Below are positions 1 through 8,649 of a stretch of 64,000 nt of DNA, piece after piece. Below the pieces are notes generated by a model. It saw only the letters and a program-made list of their open reading frames with translations, ran no database searches and was not told where the DNA came from. Both the position numbers and the translations under genes were made by a program. This DNA is from Thermoflexales bacterium (GTDB lineage: Bacteria; Chloroflexota; Anaerolineae; Fen-1058): assembly GCA_034434835.1 (NCBI GenBank), contig DAOTXX010000129.1, positions 24,844 through 88,843 of the forward strand, read 5' to 3'. How positions within the stretch are numbered: the stretch's first letter is position 1; every line of letters starts with the position of its first letter.

Positions 1-652
1 GGAGCAAATCGCCCGCATGGGGCAGGATGCCCAGCGATTGAGCCAGGTCCATCGGCAGATCATACGTGTCCACACAGTCAGCCGGGAGGATGACGCGCAC
101 GTCGCGCAGTTGCAGGTTGTTGGCGCGCAGGCGCAGCGCCATCGCCATTTGGTAAATGCACAGGTCAGTGCAATCGCCCACGATGATGAATGTGTTCACG
201 TCGGAATGACGAGTCAGCCAATCCTGGAACGCGGGCGCCAGGCTGGAATCAATCGAATTCTTGGGGACAATCGTGAACTGGTGGGCAAAGGGCAATGCGG
301 CCAGCTCTGGCGCGGTCTCGGCCTCTGTGGTGCCTCGCACGCAGTGCGGCGCAAAGCTGCCGAACTCGACGGCGTCCGGTTCGTGCGTGTCTTGGGTCAG
401 CACAAAATGTCGGACCCCCAGCGCATACGCGCGTTCGAACAGTCGCGCGACCGGGGCGAGGAGGGCCTGCACGCGCGGCGAGGCCAATGGCCCAACCGTG
501 CAAAAGCCTTTGATGAGGTCTACGGACACGACCGCCGCGCGCGATGGCTCCTTGAGCACGGCGGCCAGGTCGAGCGTCGGCAACCGGGTATGCCAGTCGG
601 CCAGATAATCGAGGAACGGTTGGCTCTGCTCCAAGAGCGTTCGGGAGTTCAT
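1..652 (-). CDS. pncA: Nicotinamidase/pyrazinamidase (isochorismatase family); C-terminus lies beyond the window start.
   Basis: Own minus-strand translation from the ATG at 652: MNSRTLLEQSQPFLDYLADW...VVSVDLIKGFC...TQDTHEPDAVEFGSFAPHCV...IIVGDCTDLCI. It shows the PncA-type metal-binding D/H...H pattern and a catalytic Cys in CTDxC. It is absent from the ORF track because no stop falls inside the window; the + ORF 17..724 is its shadow. Confidence 0.75.
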   Translation of the reverse strand, partial: MNSRTLLEQSQPFLDYLADWHTRLPTLDLAAVLKEPSRAAVVSVDLIKGFCTVGPLASPRVQALLAPVARLFERAYALGVRHFVLTQDTHEPDAVEFGSFAPHCVRGTTEAETAPELAALPFAHQFTIVPKNSIDSSLAPAFQDWLTRHSDVNTFIIVGDCTDLCIYQMAMALRLRANNLQLRDVRVILPADCVDTYDLPMDLAQSLGILPHAGDLL

Positions 653-720
653 GCTTATGCTCCTTTCAGGCGTGTTTCGCATACTTGGGTGCTGTCGAAA
701 CGAAGGGCGGTTTGTCCCAT

Positions 721-741
721 TTAGTGTTTTTTCAACACTAA
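721..741. promoter_or_regulatory. 21-bp palindrome TTAGTGTT-ttttc-AACACTAA in the pncA upstream region; candidate NrtR operator.
   Basis: A perfect 8-bp inverted repeat with a 5-nt spacer lies 70-90 bp upstream of the pncA ATG. A related imperfect palindrome TGGTGTCAtttGTACACCA sits at 1480..1498, just upstream of the nrtR start. Confidence 0.4.
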
Positions 742-792
742 TTATAGCCCGGCCGGGCGGGTTTTGTCAAGGCCCTCTTCAGGGGCGTGCGT

Positions 793-1467
793 CTAGGGAA
801 ACAGCCGCCGCGCTTTGACCTCGGCCACGGCGTCTTCGCGGAAGCGGTACAGCTTGGCCGGGCGCCCTCGGCTGATGGTGATCTCGCCGGTCTCTTCGAT
901 GATGCCGCCTTCCAAAATCCGCCGTCGGAAATTGCGCTTGTCTAGCGACTCGCCCAGGATGATCTCGTAGGCTTTTTGGATTTCGGTCAGCGTGAAGGTG
1001 GGCGGCAGGAGCTGGAAGCCTGCGGCGGTGTATTCCAGCTTGTAGCGCAGGCGCTGCAAAGCGTACTGGAGGATCTGGTTGTGATCGAACGCCAGCTTGG
1101 GAAGCTGGTAAACGGACCACCAGCGCGCGTCGCTGGCGTCGGTGCCGGCCTGCACGGCCAGCGGCCCTGGCACCAGGGCAAAGTAAGCCACCGTGATCAC
1201 ACGCCCGCGCGGGTCGCGCTTGGGGTCGCCAAAGGTGTAAAGCTGCTCCAGATACACGTCGCGGATGCCGGTCTCTTCTTTCAGTTCGCGGCGCGCGGCG
1301 GCTTCCAGCGACTCGTTGGCCTGGATGAACCCGCCGGGGATGGCCCAGCGTCCCTTCATGGGCGGATTCTTGCGCTGGATGAGCAACACTTGCAGATCGT
1401 TCTCGCGTAGCGTAAAGATGATAACATCCACACTGACGGCAGGATAATGGTAATGAGTCCGCGCCAT
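793..1467 (-). CDS. nrtR: Nudix-domain transcriptional regulator, NrtR-like (Nudix hydrolase fold plus a C-terminal winged-helix extension).
   Basis: Nudix box GGFIQANESLEAAARRELKEETGI, followed by an approximately 80-aa C-terminal tail (EIQKAYEIILGESLDKRNFRRRILEGG...). It lies immediately upstream of pncA, the classic NrtR regulon arrangement. Confidence 0.65.
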   Translation of the reverse strand: MARTHYHYPAVSVDVIIFTLRENDLQVLLIQRKNPPMKGRWAIPGGFIQANESLEAAARRELKEETGIRDVYLEQLYTFGDPKRDPRGRVITVAYFALVPGPLAVQAGTDASDARWWSVYQLPKLAFDHNQILQYALQRLRYKLEYTAAGFQLLPPTFTLTEIQKAYEIILGESLDKRNFRRRILEGGIIEETGEITISRGRPAKLYRFREDAVAEVKARRLFP

Positions 1468-1693
1468 GCTGATCTCCTATGGTGTCATTTGTACACCAAG
1501 TATAGTCCAGCCGGGCGTCGTTTGTCAAGCTGCTATCGCGTGATGCGCCGGGTTGATGGCCTCGTGCCCGGCGTTCTGGACACAGGGTTCAGCCCGTATT
1601 ACGCATCTCCCTATCACGTTATGGTATAATCTTGACAGGCAAGTCCCCTCACGTGACAATAGACCGACGCGGGGTGATTCGGAAGGAGGCGCG

Positions 1694-2266
1694 ATGGCAA
1701 TTCAGTCGCAGGTTCAAACGCAGCGCAGGCTGTTCACGGCGGACGAATATCAGCAGATGATTCGGGCGGGGGTGTTCGATGAAGATGACCGACTTGAACT
1801 CATCGAAGGAGAAATCACCGAGATGTCACCGATCAGCTCAAAACATGCAGGGCACGTCAACCGGCTGTCCGAGTTGTTGCGCGAACGCCTGCGAGGGCGT
1901 GTCTTGGTCAGCGTGCAGAATCCGGTTCACTTGGGCGAATACTCGGAGCCTCAACCCGACCTGACGCTGCTCCGCCCGCGTGCGGACTATTATGCTGATT
2001 CGCACCCCACGCCGGAAGACGTGCTGCTCGTCGTCGAGGTCGCCGACACGTCTGTCGGGTTCGATCGGGATGTCAAGATACCTATGTATGCGCGCGCTGG
2101 CGTTGGCGAGGTCTGGCTGGTGACGCTGGTGGACAAGTGGATTGAGGTCTATCGAGAGCCGACCCCCCAGGGATATCTTTCGATGCGGCGGGCTTTGCCT
2201 GGTGCGATGCTGGCGCCGCAGGCGTTCCCCGATGACGCGCTGGCTGTGGGCGACATCATCGAGTAA
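1694..2266 (+). CDS. Uma2-family (DUF820) putative restriction-endonuclease-like protein.
   Basis: ATG at 1694 is preceded by GGAAGGAGG. The sequence runs MAIQSQVQTQRRLFTADEYQQMIRAGVF...LIEGEI...EVADTS, the typical Uma2 PD-(D/E)xK-like pattern. The track ORF 1553..2266 carries an N-terminal over-extension. Confidence 0.7.
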   Translation: MAIQSQVQTQRRLFTADEYQQMIRAGVFDEDDRLELIEGEITEMSPISSKHAGHVNRLSELLRERLRGRVLVSVQNPVHLGEYSEPQPDLTLLRPRADYYADSHPTPEDVLLVVEVADTSVGFDRDVKIPMYARAGVGEVWLVTLVDKWIEVYREPTPQGYLSMRRALPGAMLAPQAFPDDALAVGDIIE

Positions 2267-2279
2267 GAAACGGCAGGAG

Positions 2280-4043
2280 ATGACTTTGCTCAAGACGCAC
2301 AACTGTGGAGATTTGCGGGCGCAAGACGCCGGACATCGAGTGGCGCTGGCCGGTTGGCTTCACAAACGCCGCGATCATGGCGGATTGATTTTCATGGACT
2401 TGCGCGACCGCAGCGGGTTGGTGCAGATCGTCGTCAGCCCTGAAGCCGGCCAGGCTTACCGGGTCGCCGAAATGGCGCGCAGCGAGTACGTGCTGGCGGT
2501 GCAGGGTCAGGTGCGCCTTCGCCCTGAAGGGCTGGCAAATCCGAACCTGCCGACTGGCGACATCGAGGTTGTGGCCGAGTCTGTCGTTCTGCTCAACGCT
2601 GCCAAACCGCCAGCGATCCCGGTGGATAACGATGGGCGCGCTGTGTCCGAAGACATGCGGCTGCGGTACCGTTATCTGGACCTGCGCCGTCCGCGGATGC
2701 AGCGCAACCTGATGTTGCGACACCAGGTCGTCAAGTTCATTCGAGATTACCTGAGCGCGCGCGGCTTTATTGAAGTCGAAACGCCCATCCTGATCAAGTC
2801 CACGCCGGAAGGCGCGCGCGACTATGTAGTGCCGAGCCGCCTGCACCCCGGCCAGTTCTATGCGCTTCCGCAAAGCCCGCAGCAGCTCAAGCAATTGCTG
2901 ATGGTGGCCGGCTACGAGCGCTACTTTCAAATCGCGCGCTGCTTTCGCGATGAAGACCTGCGCGGCGACCGCCAACCCGAGTTCACCCAACTCGATCTGG
3001 AAATGTCCTTTGTCGAGCGCGATGACGTGCTTGGACTGGTGGAGGGATTGTTCACCGAACTGGTGCCGGCCGTTTCGAACAAGCGCATTCTCTCGCCCTT
3101 TCCGCGTATGAGCTATGCCGAAGCGATGAGTCGCTTTGGCACCGACAAACCCGACCTGCGCTTTGGCCTGGAGTTGATTGACCTGACGGATGCACTTGGG
3201 GGCAGTGAATTCCAGGTCTTGCGCGCTGCCAGGGAAACCGGCGGCCAGATCAAAGCCGTGTGCGCGCTGGGTTGTGCCGGCTACACTCGCCGCGAGCTGG
3301 ATGAACTGACGACGGTTGTGAAGGGACTGGGAGCCAAAGGGTTGGTGACTTTGGCTTTTGCCGCTGATGGCGTCAAAGGCCCGGCGGTCAAGTTCTTGAA
3401 ATCAGGCGAGTTGAACGAGATCCGCCAGCGCCTTCAAGCGCAAGAGGGCGACCTGGTGTGCATCATCGCCGATCAGCCCGGCGTCGTTGCCAAATCGCTT
3501 TCGACCTTGCGGCTCATGTTCCGCGATCGATTCAATCTTGCCCCGCCCGACTTGATGGCATTTGGATGGATCGTAGACTTTCCGATGTTCGAGTGGAACG
3601 AAGAAGAAAAACGTTGGGATGCCGCGCATCATCCGTTCACCATGCCCAAGCGCGAGCACCTCGATCGGTTGGAAACCGATCCGGCTTCGGTGCTTTCTGA
3701 TGCCTACGATCTGGTGTGCAATGGTTATGAGCTGGCCTCGGGCAGCATCCGTATTCACGACCGCGAGATTCAACGTCGCATCTTTCGGGTGCTGAATTAC
3801 AGTGACGATGAGATTCAAGCTCGTTTCGGTCATATGTTGGATGCGTTCGAATACGGTGCGCCGCCGCATGGCGGCATGGCCCCGGGCATTGACCGGTTTG
3901 TGATGTTACTCGCTGACGAGCCAAGTATCCGAGAGGTGATTGCCTTTCCCAAGACGGCCAGCGCCACTGACCTGATGGCCAATGCGCCATCGCCGATCGA
4001 TCAGCGGCAGCTTGACGAGTTGCGTTTGTGTATCAAAGATTAG
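2280..4043 (+). CDS. aspS: Aspartate--tRNA ligase (class II aaRS).
   Basis: 587 aa from the ATG at 2280. It has an N-terminal OB anticodon-binding domain, class II motifs (FRDEDLRGDRQPEFTQLD; GGMAPGIDR) and the GAD insertion domain. The track ORF has a non-coding N-terminal extension. Confidence 0.9.
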   Translation: MTLLKTHNCGDLRAQDAGHRVALAGWLHKRRDHGGLIFMDLRDRSGLVQIVVSPEAGQAYRVAEMARSEYVLAVQGQVRLRPEGLANPNLPTGDIEVVAESVVLLNAAKPPAIPVDNDGRAVSEDMRLRYRYLDLRRPRMQRNLMLRHQVVKFIRDYLSARGFIEVETPILIKSTPEGARDYVVPSRLHPGQFYALPQSPQQLKQLLMVAGYERYFQIARCFRDEDLRGDRQPEFTQLDLEMSFVERDDVLGLVEGLFTELVPAVSNKRILSPFPRMSYAEAMSRFGTDKPDLRFGLELIDLTDALGGSEFQVLRAARETGGQIKAVCALGCAGYTRRELDELTTVVKGLGAKGLVTLAFAADGVKGPAVKFLKSGELNEIRQRLQAQEGDLVCIIADQPGVVAKSLSTLRLMFRDRFNLAPPDLMAFGWIVDFPMFEWNEEEKRWDAAHHPFTMPKREHLDRLETDPASVLSDAYDLVCNGYELASGSIRIHDREIQRRIFRVLNYSDDEIQARFGHMLDAFEYGAPPHGGMAPGIDRFVMLLADEPSIREVIAFPKTASATDLMANAPSPIDQRQLDELRLCIKD

Positions 4044-4094
4044 CCGGGTGATCGCATTTGCAGGTTTCAGTAAATTGTGTTAGTATATGGACAC

Positions 4095-4305
4095 CCTGCT
4101 GTGTGCGTGACGTCGCATACGCGTTTTGAGCCAACACCTATAAAATAGGGGACCGTCACTCTAGAGGGGATGCGATAGCCTGAACAGGCAAGGCTGAACC
4201 AATAGGCTAGGTTCCCACCTGCGTAAGCAGGTTCAAAACTTGGCGACGCACGGCACGGCGGGGAACGTTTTTTATCCGCCGGATCATCTCCGGCGGTTTT
4301 TGTTT
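4095..4305 (+). ncRNA. Candidate small structured RNA/leader ending in an intrinsic terminator.
   Basis: Promoter-like TTGTGT...TAGTATAT at about 4073-4090. A GNRA-capped hairpin CCTGC-GTAA-GCAGG sits at about 4222-4235. The terminator CCGCCGGA-tcatc-TCCGGCGG plus a T-run lies at 4276-4305, 230 bp past the aspS stop. No known riboswitch consensus was recognised. Confidence 0.25.
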
Positions 4306-4513
4306 GGTCTGAATGTCCGCTGTTCCGTTTTTGTGGTACAATCCCCGCGCGGTGAGGAAGCTGTCCAGCCTCCTGCAGGTTACTGTGGGGTGTTGCTTCA
4401 CGTTGAGCGGCTTCAATCTATGGTGCTTCGACTGTGAAGCGGGAGGTTGATCAGATCCCACATGCGCGGCGGACGATCTCAACAGTGACACAAGGCAGAC
4501 AACGGAGCTGACC

Positions 4514-5449
4514 ATGATCCTTGTCACCGGGGCGACTGGGTTTATCGGCAAGCGCGTTGTGGCGCGGTTGGCTGCGACGGGCCTTGAGGTGCGCTGCCTG
4601 GTTCGCCCGGCCCGCAAAGAGCGTACATTGCCCGCGGGCGTCAGTGTCCACATGGTCGCCGGTGATCTGTCCGATCCTCCTGCATTGCGCGTGGCGATGC
4701 AACGCGTGGATACTGTCATCCACTTGGCCTCGATTTGGACCGAGCATGGCGCGCGGACTTTTGAATCGGTCAATTACCAGGGCACGCTCAATCTCATCGA
4801 GGCGGCGCACGAAGTTGGCGCCAGCCGCTTGATCTTCCTAAGCTACCCCGGCGCTGACCGCAACAGCGCCTATGCTTTCCTGCGGAGCAAGGCCCTGGCC
4901 GAAGAAGCTGTCCGCTTGTCAGAACTCAAGTTCACGATCTTGCGCCCGTCTTGGGTCTATGGCCCGGAAGACAGATGGACGACACACATCGCCATGGTGC
5001 TCAAGTCCGTGCCGTTTTTCTTTCCGGTGGTCGGCGATGGGCAGACACGCTTGCAACCTTTGTGGGTCGAAGACCTTGCCCAGTGTATCGAGCAATGCTT
5101 GACCCGGCCCAAGACGATTGGCAAAACGATCCCGCTGGGCGGGCCGGGGTATTTCACTTTTAACGACGCGCTGGATGTGATCGCTCAGACGCTCGAGGTT
5201 CGCCGACGCAAGCTGTTCGTTCGCCTGCCGTTGGCGCGCCAGGTGGCCGAGACCATGGAGCACCTGATGCCCAGACCCTTCTTGACCACGACGACGCTGG
5301 ACTTGCTCAATGTGGACACGACGACTGACCTGGGTTCCGTGACACAAAACTTTGGCTTCGAGCCAGCGCGATTTGCTTCAGCCGTCAGTTATCTGCGTGA
5401 CCAACCCTGGTGGCGGCGTTTTTGGGGCACCTTGTTGGGTCGGCCGTAG
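4514..5449 (+). CDS. NAD(P)H-binding NmrA-like/atypical SDR family protein.
   Basis: N-terminal Rossmann motif ILVTGATGFIGKRVVARL; 311 aa; resembles complex-I NDUFA9-like / NAD-dependent epimerase fold proteins. Confidence 0.75.
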   Translation: MILVTGATGFIGKRVVARLAATGLEVRCLVRPARKERTLPAGVSVHMVAGDLSDPPALRVAMQRVDTVIHLASIWTEHGARTFESVNYQGTLNLIEAAHEVGASRLIFLSYPGADRNSAYAFLRSKALAEEAVRLSELKFTILRPSWVYGPEDRWTTHIAMVLKSVPFFFPVVGDGQTRLQPLWVEDLAQCIEQCLTRPKTIGKTIPLGGPGYFTFNDALDVIAQTLEVRRRKLFVRLPLARQVAETMEHLMPRPFLTTTTLDLLNVDTTTDLGSVTQNFGFEPARFASAVSYLRDQPWWRRFWGTLLGRP

Positions 5450-5473
5450 AGGGACACTCGATTTGCCTTCACA

Positions 5474-6412
5474 GTGAGTGATATGCCAGAGTTTACGATC
5501 CGCCCATTGGAATCTATCGAGGACTATCGGGCCTGTGAAGAAATCCAGCGCCAGGTCTGGGGACCGGGCGATGCCGAGGTCGTTCCGCTGAACATGCTGT
5601 CCGCCGTCAAGCGTAATGGTGGCATTGCGCTGGGCGCATTCGTGGACGAACGACTCGTCGGCTTTGTGTTCGGTTTTCTGGGCACCAGCGAGCGTTTTGG
5701 CCCGGAGGCTCCAGCGACAGTCAAGCTCAAACACCATTCGCATATGTTAGCCGTCCTGCCCCAGTGGCGCGATGAAGGGGTGGGCTATGCGCTCAAGCTG
5801 GCCCAGCGCGAGGCAGCCCGCGCCCAGGGCTTGCGGCTGATGACCTGGACCTACGACCCGTTGGAAAGCCGCAATGCGCTGCTCAACATCTCCAAACTTG
5901 GCGCTGTGTGCAGCACGTATTACCGTGATTACTATGGGCCGATGCGGGATGAGCTGAACGTGGGCCTGCCTAGCGATCGCTTTCAGGTGGATTGGTACAT
6001 TGCCAGCAAGCGAGTCGCCAAGCGATTGGAAGCCAGTCGTGGACGATTGGAGCGCCAGCATTATACGGACGCTGGAGCCATGATACTCAATCCGGCCACG
6101 TTTGGAGCGCAATTCCCACGCCCGTCCGAACAGGTGGTTGAACTATTCACCAGCATGGCGCTCGTCGAAATCCCGGCTGATTTTCAATCGCTCAAACGCG
6201 CTGACCCAACGTTGGCGCTCGCCTGGCGCATGCAAACGCGCCGGATTTTCGAGCGCGCATTCAGTCATGGCTACATGGTCACCGATTATGTGTTTGAATC
6301 GAATCCCCGGCGCGGTTTCTATGTGCTCACACATGTCGAGCCAGGCGGCCGGCCAGGGGCGGATTGGAGCATCTTTGCGGATGAGTTGGCAGACCCCAGG
6401 GGCTTGAAATGA
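5474..6412 (+). CDS. GNAT-fold acyltransferase (candidate amino-acid N-succinyl/acetyl-transferase partner of NSAR).
   Basis: 312 aa with a GNAT-like core (LAVLPQWRDEGVGYALKLAQREAA). Its stop overlaps the start of the downstream enolase-superfamily gene (ATGA). Confidence 0.55.
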   Translation: MSDMPEFTIRPLESIEDYRACEEIQRQVWGPGDAEVVPLNMLSAVKRNGGIALGAFVDERLVGFVFGFLGTSERFGPEAPATVKLKHHSHMLAVLPQWRDEGVGYALKLAQREAARAQGLRLMTWTYDPLESRNALLNISKLGAVCSTYYRDYYGPMRDELNVGLPSDRFQVDWYIASKRVAKRLEASRGRLERQHYTDAGAMILNPATFGAQFPRPSEQVVELFTSMALVEIPADFQSLKRADPTLALAWRMQTRRIFERAFSHGYMVTDYVFESNPRRGFYVLTHVEPGGRPGADWSIFADELADPRGLK

Positions 6413-7518
6413 GGATCGAACAAATCGCGCTCTCGCATATCGTCATGCGGTTGGTCGCACCGTTTGAGACGAGCTTTGGAGTGGAGCAGGATCGCGCCTG
6501 CATCATTGTGGCGATGCGCGCAGACGGGCTGACTGGCTATGGCGAGTGTGTCGCCGCTGCCGAGCCAGGCTATTGCTACGAAACGACTGTGACGGCCTGG
6601 CACATTCTGCGTGATTTTCTCGTGCCGGCGGTGCTCGGTCAGGAGCTGACCGATATTCCCAAACTGGTCGCGCGTTACAGTCGCGTGCGGGGCCATCCGC
6701 TGGCCAAGGCTGGACTCGAGATGGCGGCATGGGACACCCTGGGGCAGGCCCAGGGCAAGTCGCTTGCGCAGATGCTGGGGGGAGTGCGTGACCGTGTGGA
6801 GGTCGGTGTATCCATCGGCATACAGCCGACAACGGGGGCGCTGGTCGAGCGGGTGGGGCGGTATATCGCAGAAGGCTACCGTCGGATCAAGATCAAGATC
6901 AAGCCGGGCCGCGACCTGGAGGATGTGCGCGCAGTCCGCGCTGTGTTTCCAGACATTCGTTTGCAGGTAGATGCGAACTCGGCGTATCGGCTTTCGGATG
7001 CTCCTCTCTTCCAACAGATGGACGATTTGAATCTCTTGCTCATCGAGCAGCCGCTGGCCGAGGACGACATCTACGATCACAGCAAGCTTCAGCCGCAGCT
7101 CAAAACGCCAATTTGCCTCGACGAAAGCATCCTCTCTGCCGATCACGCCCGCGCGGCGATTGAGCTGGGTGCCTGTCGGGTCATCAACATCAAGGCCGGA
7201 CGTGTGGGAGGGCTGGAGGAGGCGCTCAAGGTTCACGACGTGTGCCATGAGCGAGGCGTGCCGGTGTGGTGTGGGGGAATGTTGGAGACGAACATCGGTC
7301 GCGCGTCGAACGTGGCATTGGCCTCGCTGCCGGGTTTCACTTTGCCCGGCGACATCAGCGCGAGCTCCCGCTACTATGCTGAGGACATTGCCGATCCGCC
7401 GTTTGCGCTGAATCCTGACTCGACGATCACAGTGCCAACGATGTCGGGGCTGGGTGTGAAGGTCAATCTCAAGAATCTGGAGCGGTTTACGGTGAAGCAC
7501 GAGGTGTTTGCGGCGTGA
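6409..7518 (+). CDS. Enolase-superfamily enzyme of the o-succinylbenzoate synthase / N-succinylamino-acid racemase (NSAR/OSBS) subgroup.
   Basis: 369 aa. KxK motif (RIKIKIKPG), metal ligands D (LQVDANSAY), E (LIEQP) and D (CLDES), and a second catalytic K (INIKAGRVGG). It is translationally coupled to the upstream GNAT gene. Confidence 0.8.
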   Translation: MRIEQIALSHIVMRLVAPFETSFGVEQDRACIIVAMRADGLTGYGECVAAAEPGYCYETTVTAWHILRDFLVPAVLGQELTDIPKLVARYSRVRGHPLAKAGLEMAAWDTLGQAQGKSLAQMLGGVRDRVEVGVSIGIQPTTGALVERVGRYIAEGYRRIKIKIKPGRDLEDVRAVRAVFPDIRLQVDANSAYRLSDAPLFQQMDDLNLLLIEQPLAEDDIYDHSKLQPQLKTPICLDESILSADHARAAIELGACRVINIKAGRVGGLEEALKVHDVCHERGVPVWCGGMLETNIGRASNVALASLPGFTLPGDISASSRYYAEDIADPPFALNPDSTITVPTMSGLGVKVNLKNLERFTVKHEVFAA

Positions 7519-7557
7519 TCCCAGGGGGCACAGAGGATTGTGTATTCTGTGTCCGGT

Positions 7558-8649
7558 TCACGATCGCCTGAAATACTGCTCCGTCTCCTGATAGTTCTTG
7601 CACAACACCGTCAAATACGTGGTCACCTCGATCAGTTTCTTTTCGATGTCGGCCACTTTGACGTACCGGTCCGTCGCGCGCGCGCGCACGGTCAGTTTGT
7701 CAATCAGGTCGGAAACGACCACGTCATCCACCTCGACCCAATAGCTCACTCGATTGATCAGCAGTCGCTTGTATGCGCGCAGAAAGCGGCTGGCACGGCG
7801 ATACTCGCGGCGAAAGCGCTGAAGCGGCAAAACGCGCGGCGGCCCTTGAAACAACTCGCGCAGGTCTGCATCCACATAGCCAGTCGCGCGGCGGCGATAG
7901 GCGTTCACTTGCGAGGTCTTGGCCCCAAAGAATTGCGCCACAGTCATCGAGAGCTGCTCAATGGGTTGATCGAGTGTGCTGCTGCTGCCATTTGTCAGGA
8001 CAGGCTCTTGGCGACCGAACTCGTCCACGACCTTTTCCACATAGGTGAGTTTCTTGAGCGCGCCGGGCTTGGAGCGGAATTGACCCAGCCAGTCAATCTC
8101 TGGCGTCAGCCACACGGAAAACGTCTCGGCAAAATCTTCGTCCGGGTGTTTCTGGGCGTAAAAATCTCCTGCAGGATTGACAAAGTCCGCGCTCCACGGA
8201 TTAGGCCGGCTGCCCGCATGTTCGGGATACGTGTTAAAGAAATGTCCTTTGACGTTGAACAGCCGCCGGAACTCTTTGGTGCGGTAGAGCTTGTGAGCGT
8301 AGCAAAAAGCGTGACCGACTTCGTGGCGCATGATCTGCAAAATGTCCGCCGGATCATACATCCAGCCGCGAAATTCCTTGTTCAGCTCGCGCAGCAGAGC
8401 ATTGCAGTCGTAGAACCCGACGGCGATATTGGTGGTGCCCGCCACGCAGCCATAACCGTTGGACAGATAAAAGTTCGGGGCGAGCTGTGTGATGCCTACG
8501 CGCGCCAGGTCCTCCCGCACCCGGCGGATCGCCTCATCAATCAGCGTCCCCTTGATCTCCAGCCCCAGCCGGTTGATGGGCGTGTTGAGAATTTCGAGCT
8601 TGAGCGTGTCCGGGCCATAGAGCAGCTCGCGTGTTTTCCGCTTCTTCAT
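7558..8649 (-). CDS. Putative zinc metallopeptidase (HEXXH).
   Basis: Start MKKRKTRELLYG at 8649. Contains HEVGHAF with a downstream E (DFAETF). Its ATG overlaps the fdhD stop (ATGA). The upstream part of the track ORF 7558..9030 is non-coding read-through. Confidence 0.6.
   Translation of the reverse strand: MKKRKTRELLYGPDTLKLEILNTPINRLGLEIKGTLIDEAIRRVREDLARVGITQLAPNFYLSNGYGCVAGTTNIAVGFYDCNALLRELNKEFRGWMYDPADILQIMRHEVGHAFCYAHKLYRTKEFRRLFNVKGHFFNTYPEHAGSRPNPWSADFVNPAGDFYAQKHPDEDFAETFSVWLTPEIDWLGQFRSKPGALKKLTYVEKVVDEFGRQEPVLTNGSSSTLDQPIEQLSMTVAQFFGAKTSQVNAYRRRATGYVDADLRELFQGPPRVLPLQRFRREYRRASRFLRAYKRLLINRVSYWVEVDDVVVSDLIDKLTVRARATDRYVKVADIEKKLIEVTTYLTVLCKNYQETEQYFRRS

Noticed and set aside
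17-724. 235-aa + strand ORF at the window start.
   Set aside because: It is antisense to the PncA reading frame, Arg/His/Gln-rich with no recognisable fold. It is a typical high-GC shadow ORF.
4215-4260. tRNA-like T-arm (CAGG-TTCAAAA-CTTG) suggesting a tRNA or tmRNA gene.
   Set aside because: The adjacent hairpin has a 4-nt GNRA loop rather than a 7-nt anticodon loop. No acceptor stem or CCA context could be built.
6319-7500. 393-aa - ORF.
   Set aside because: Antisense shadow of the NSAR/OSBS gene.
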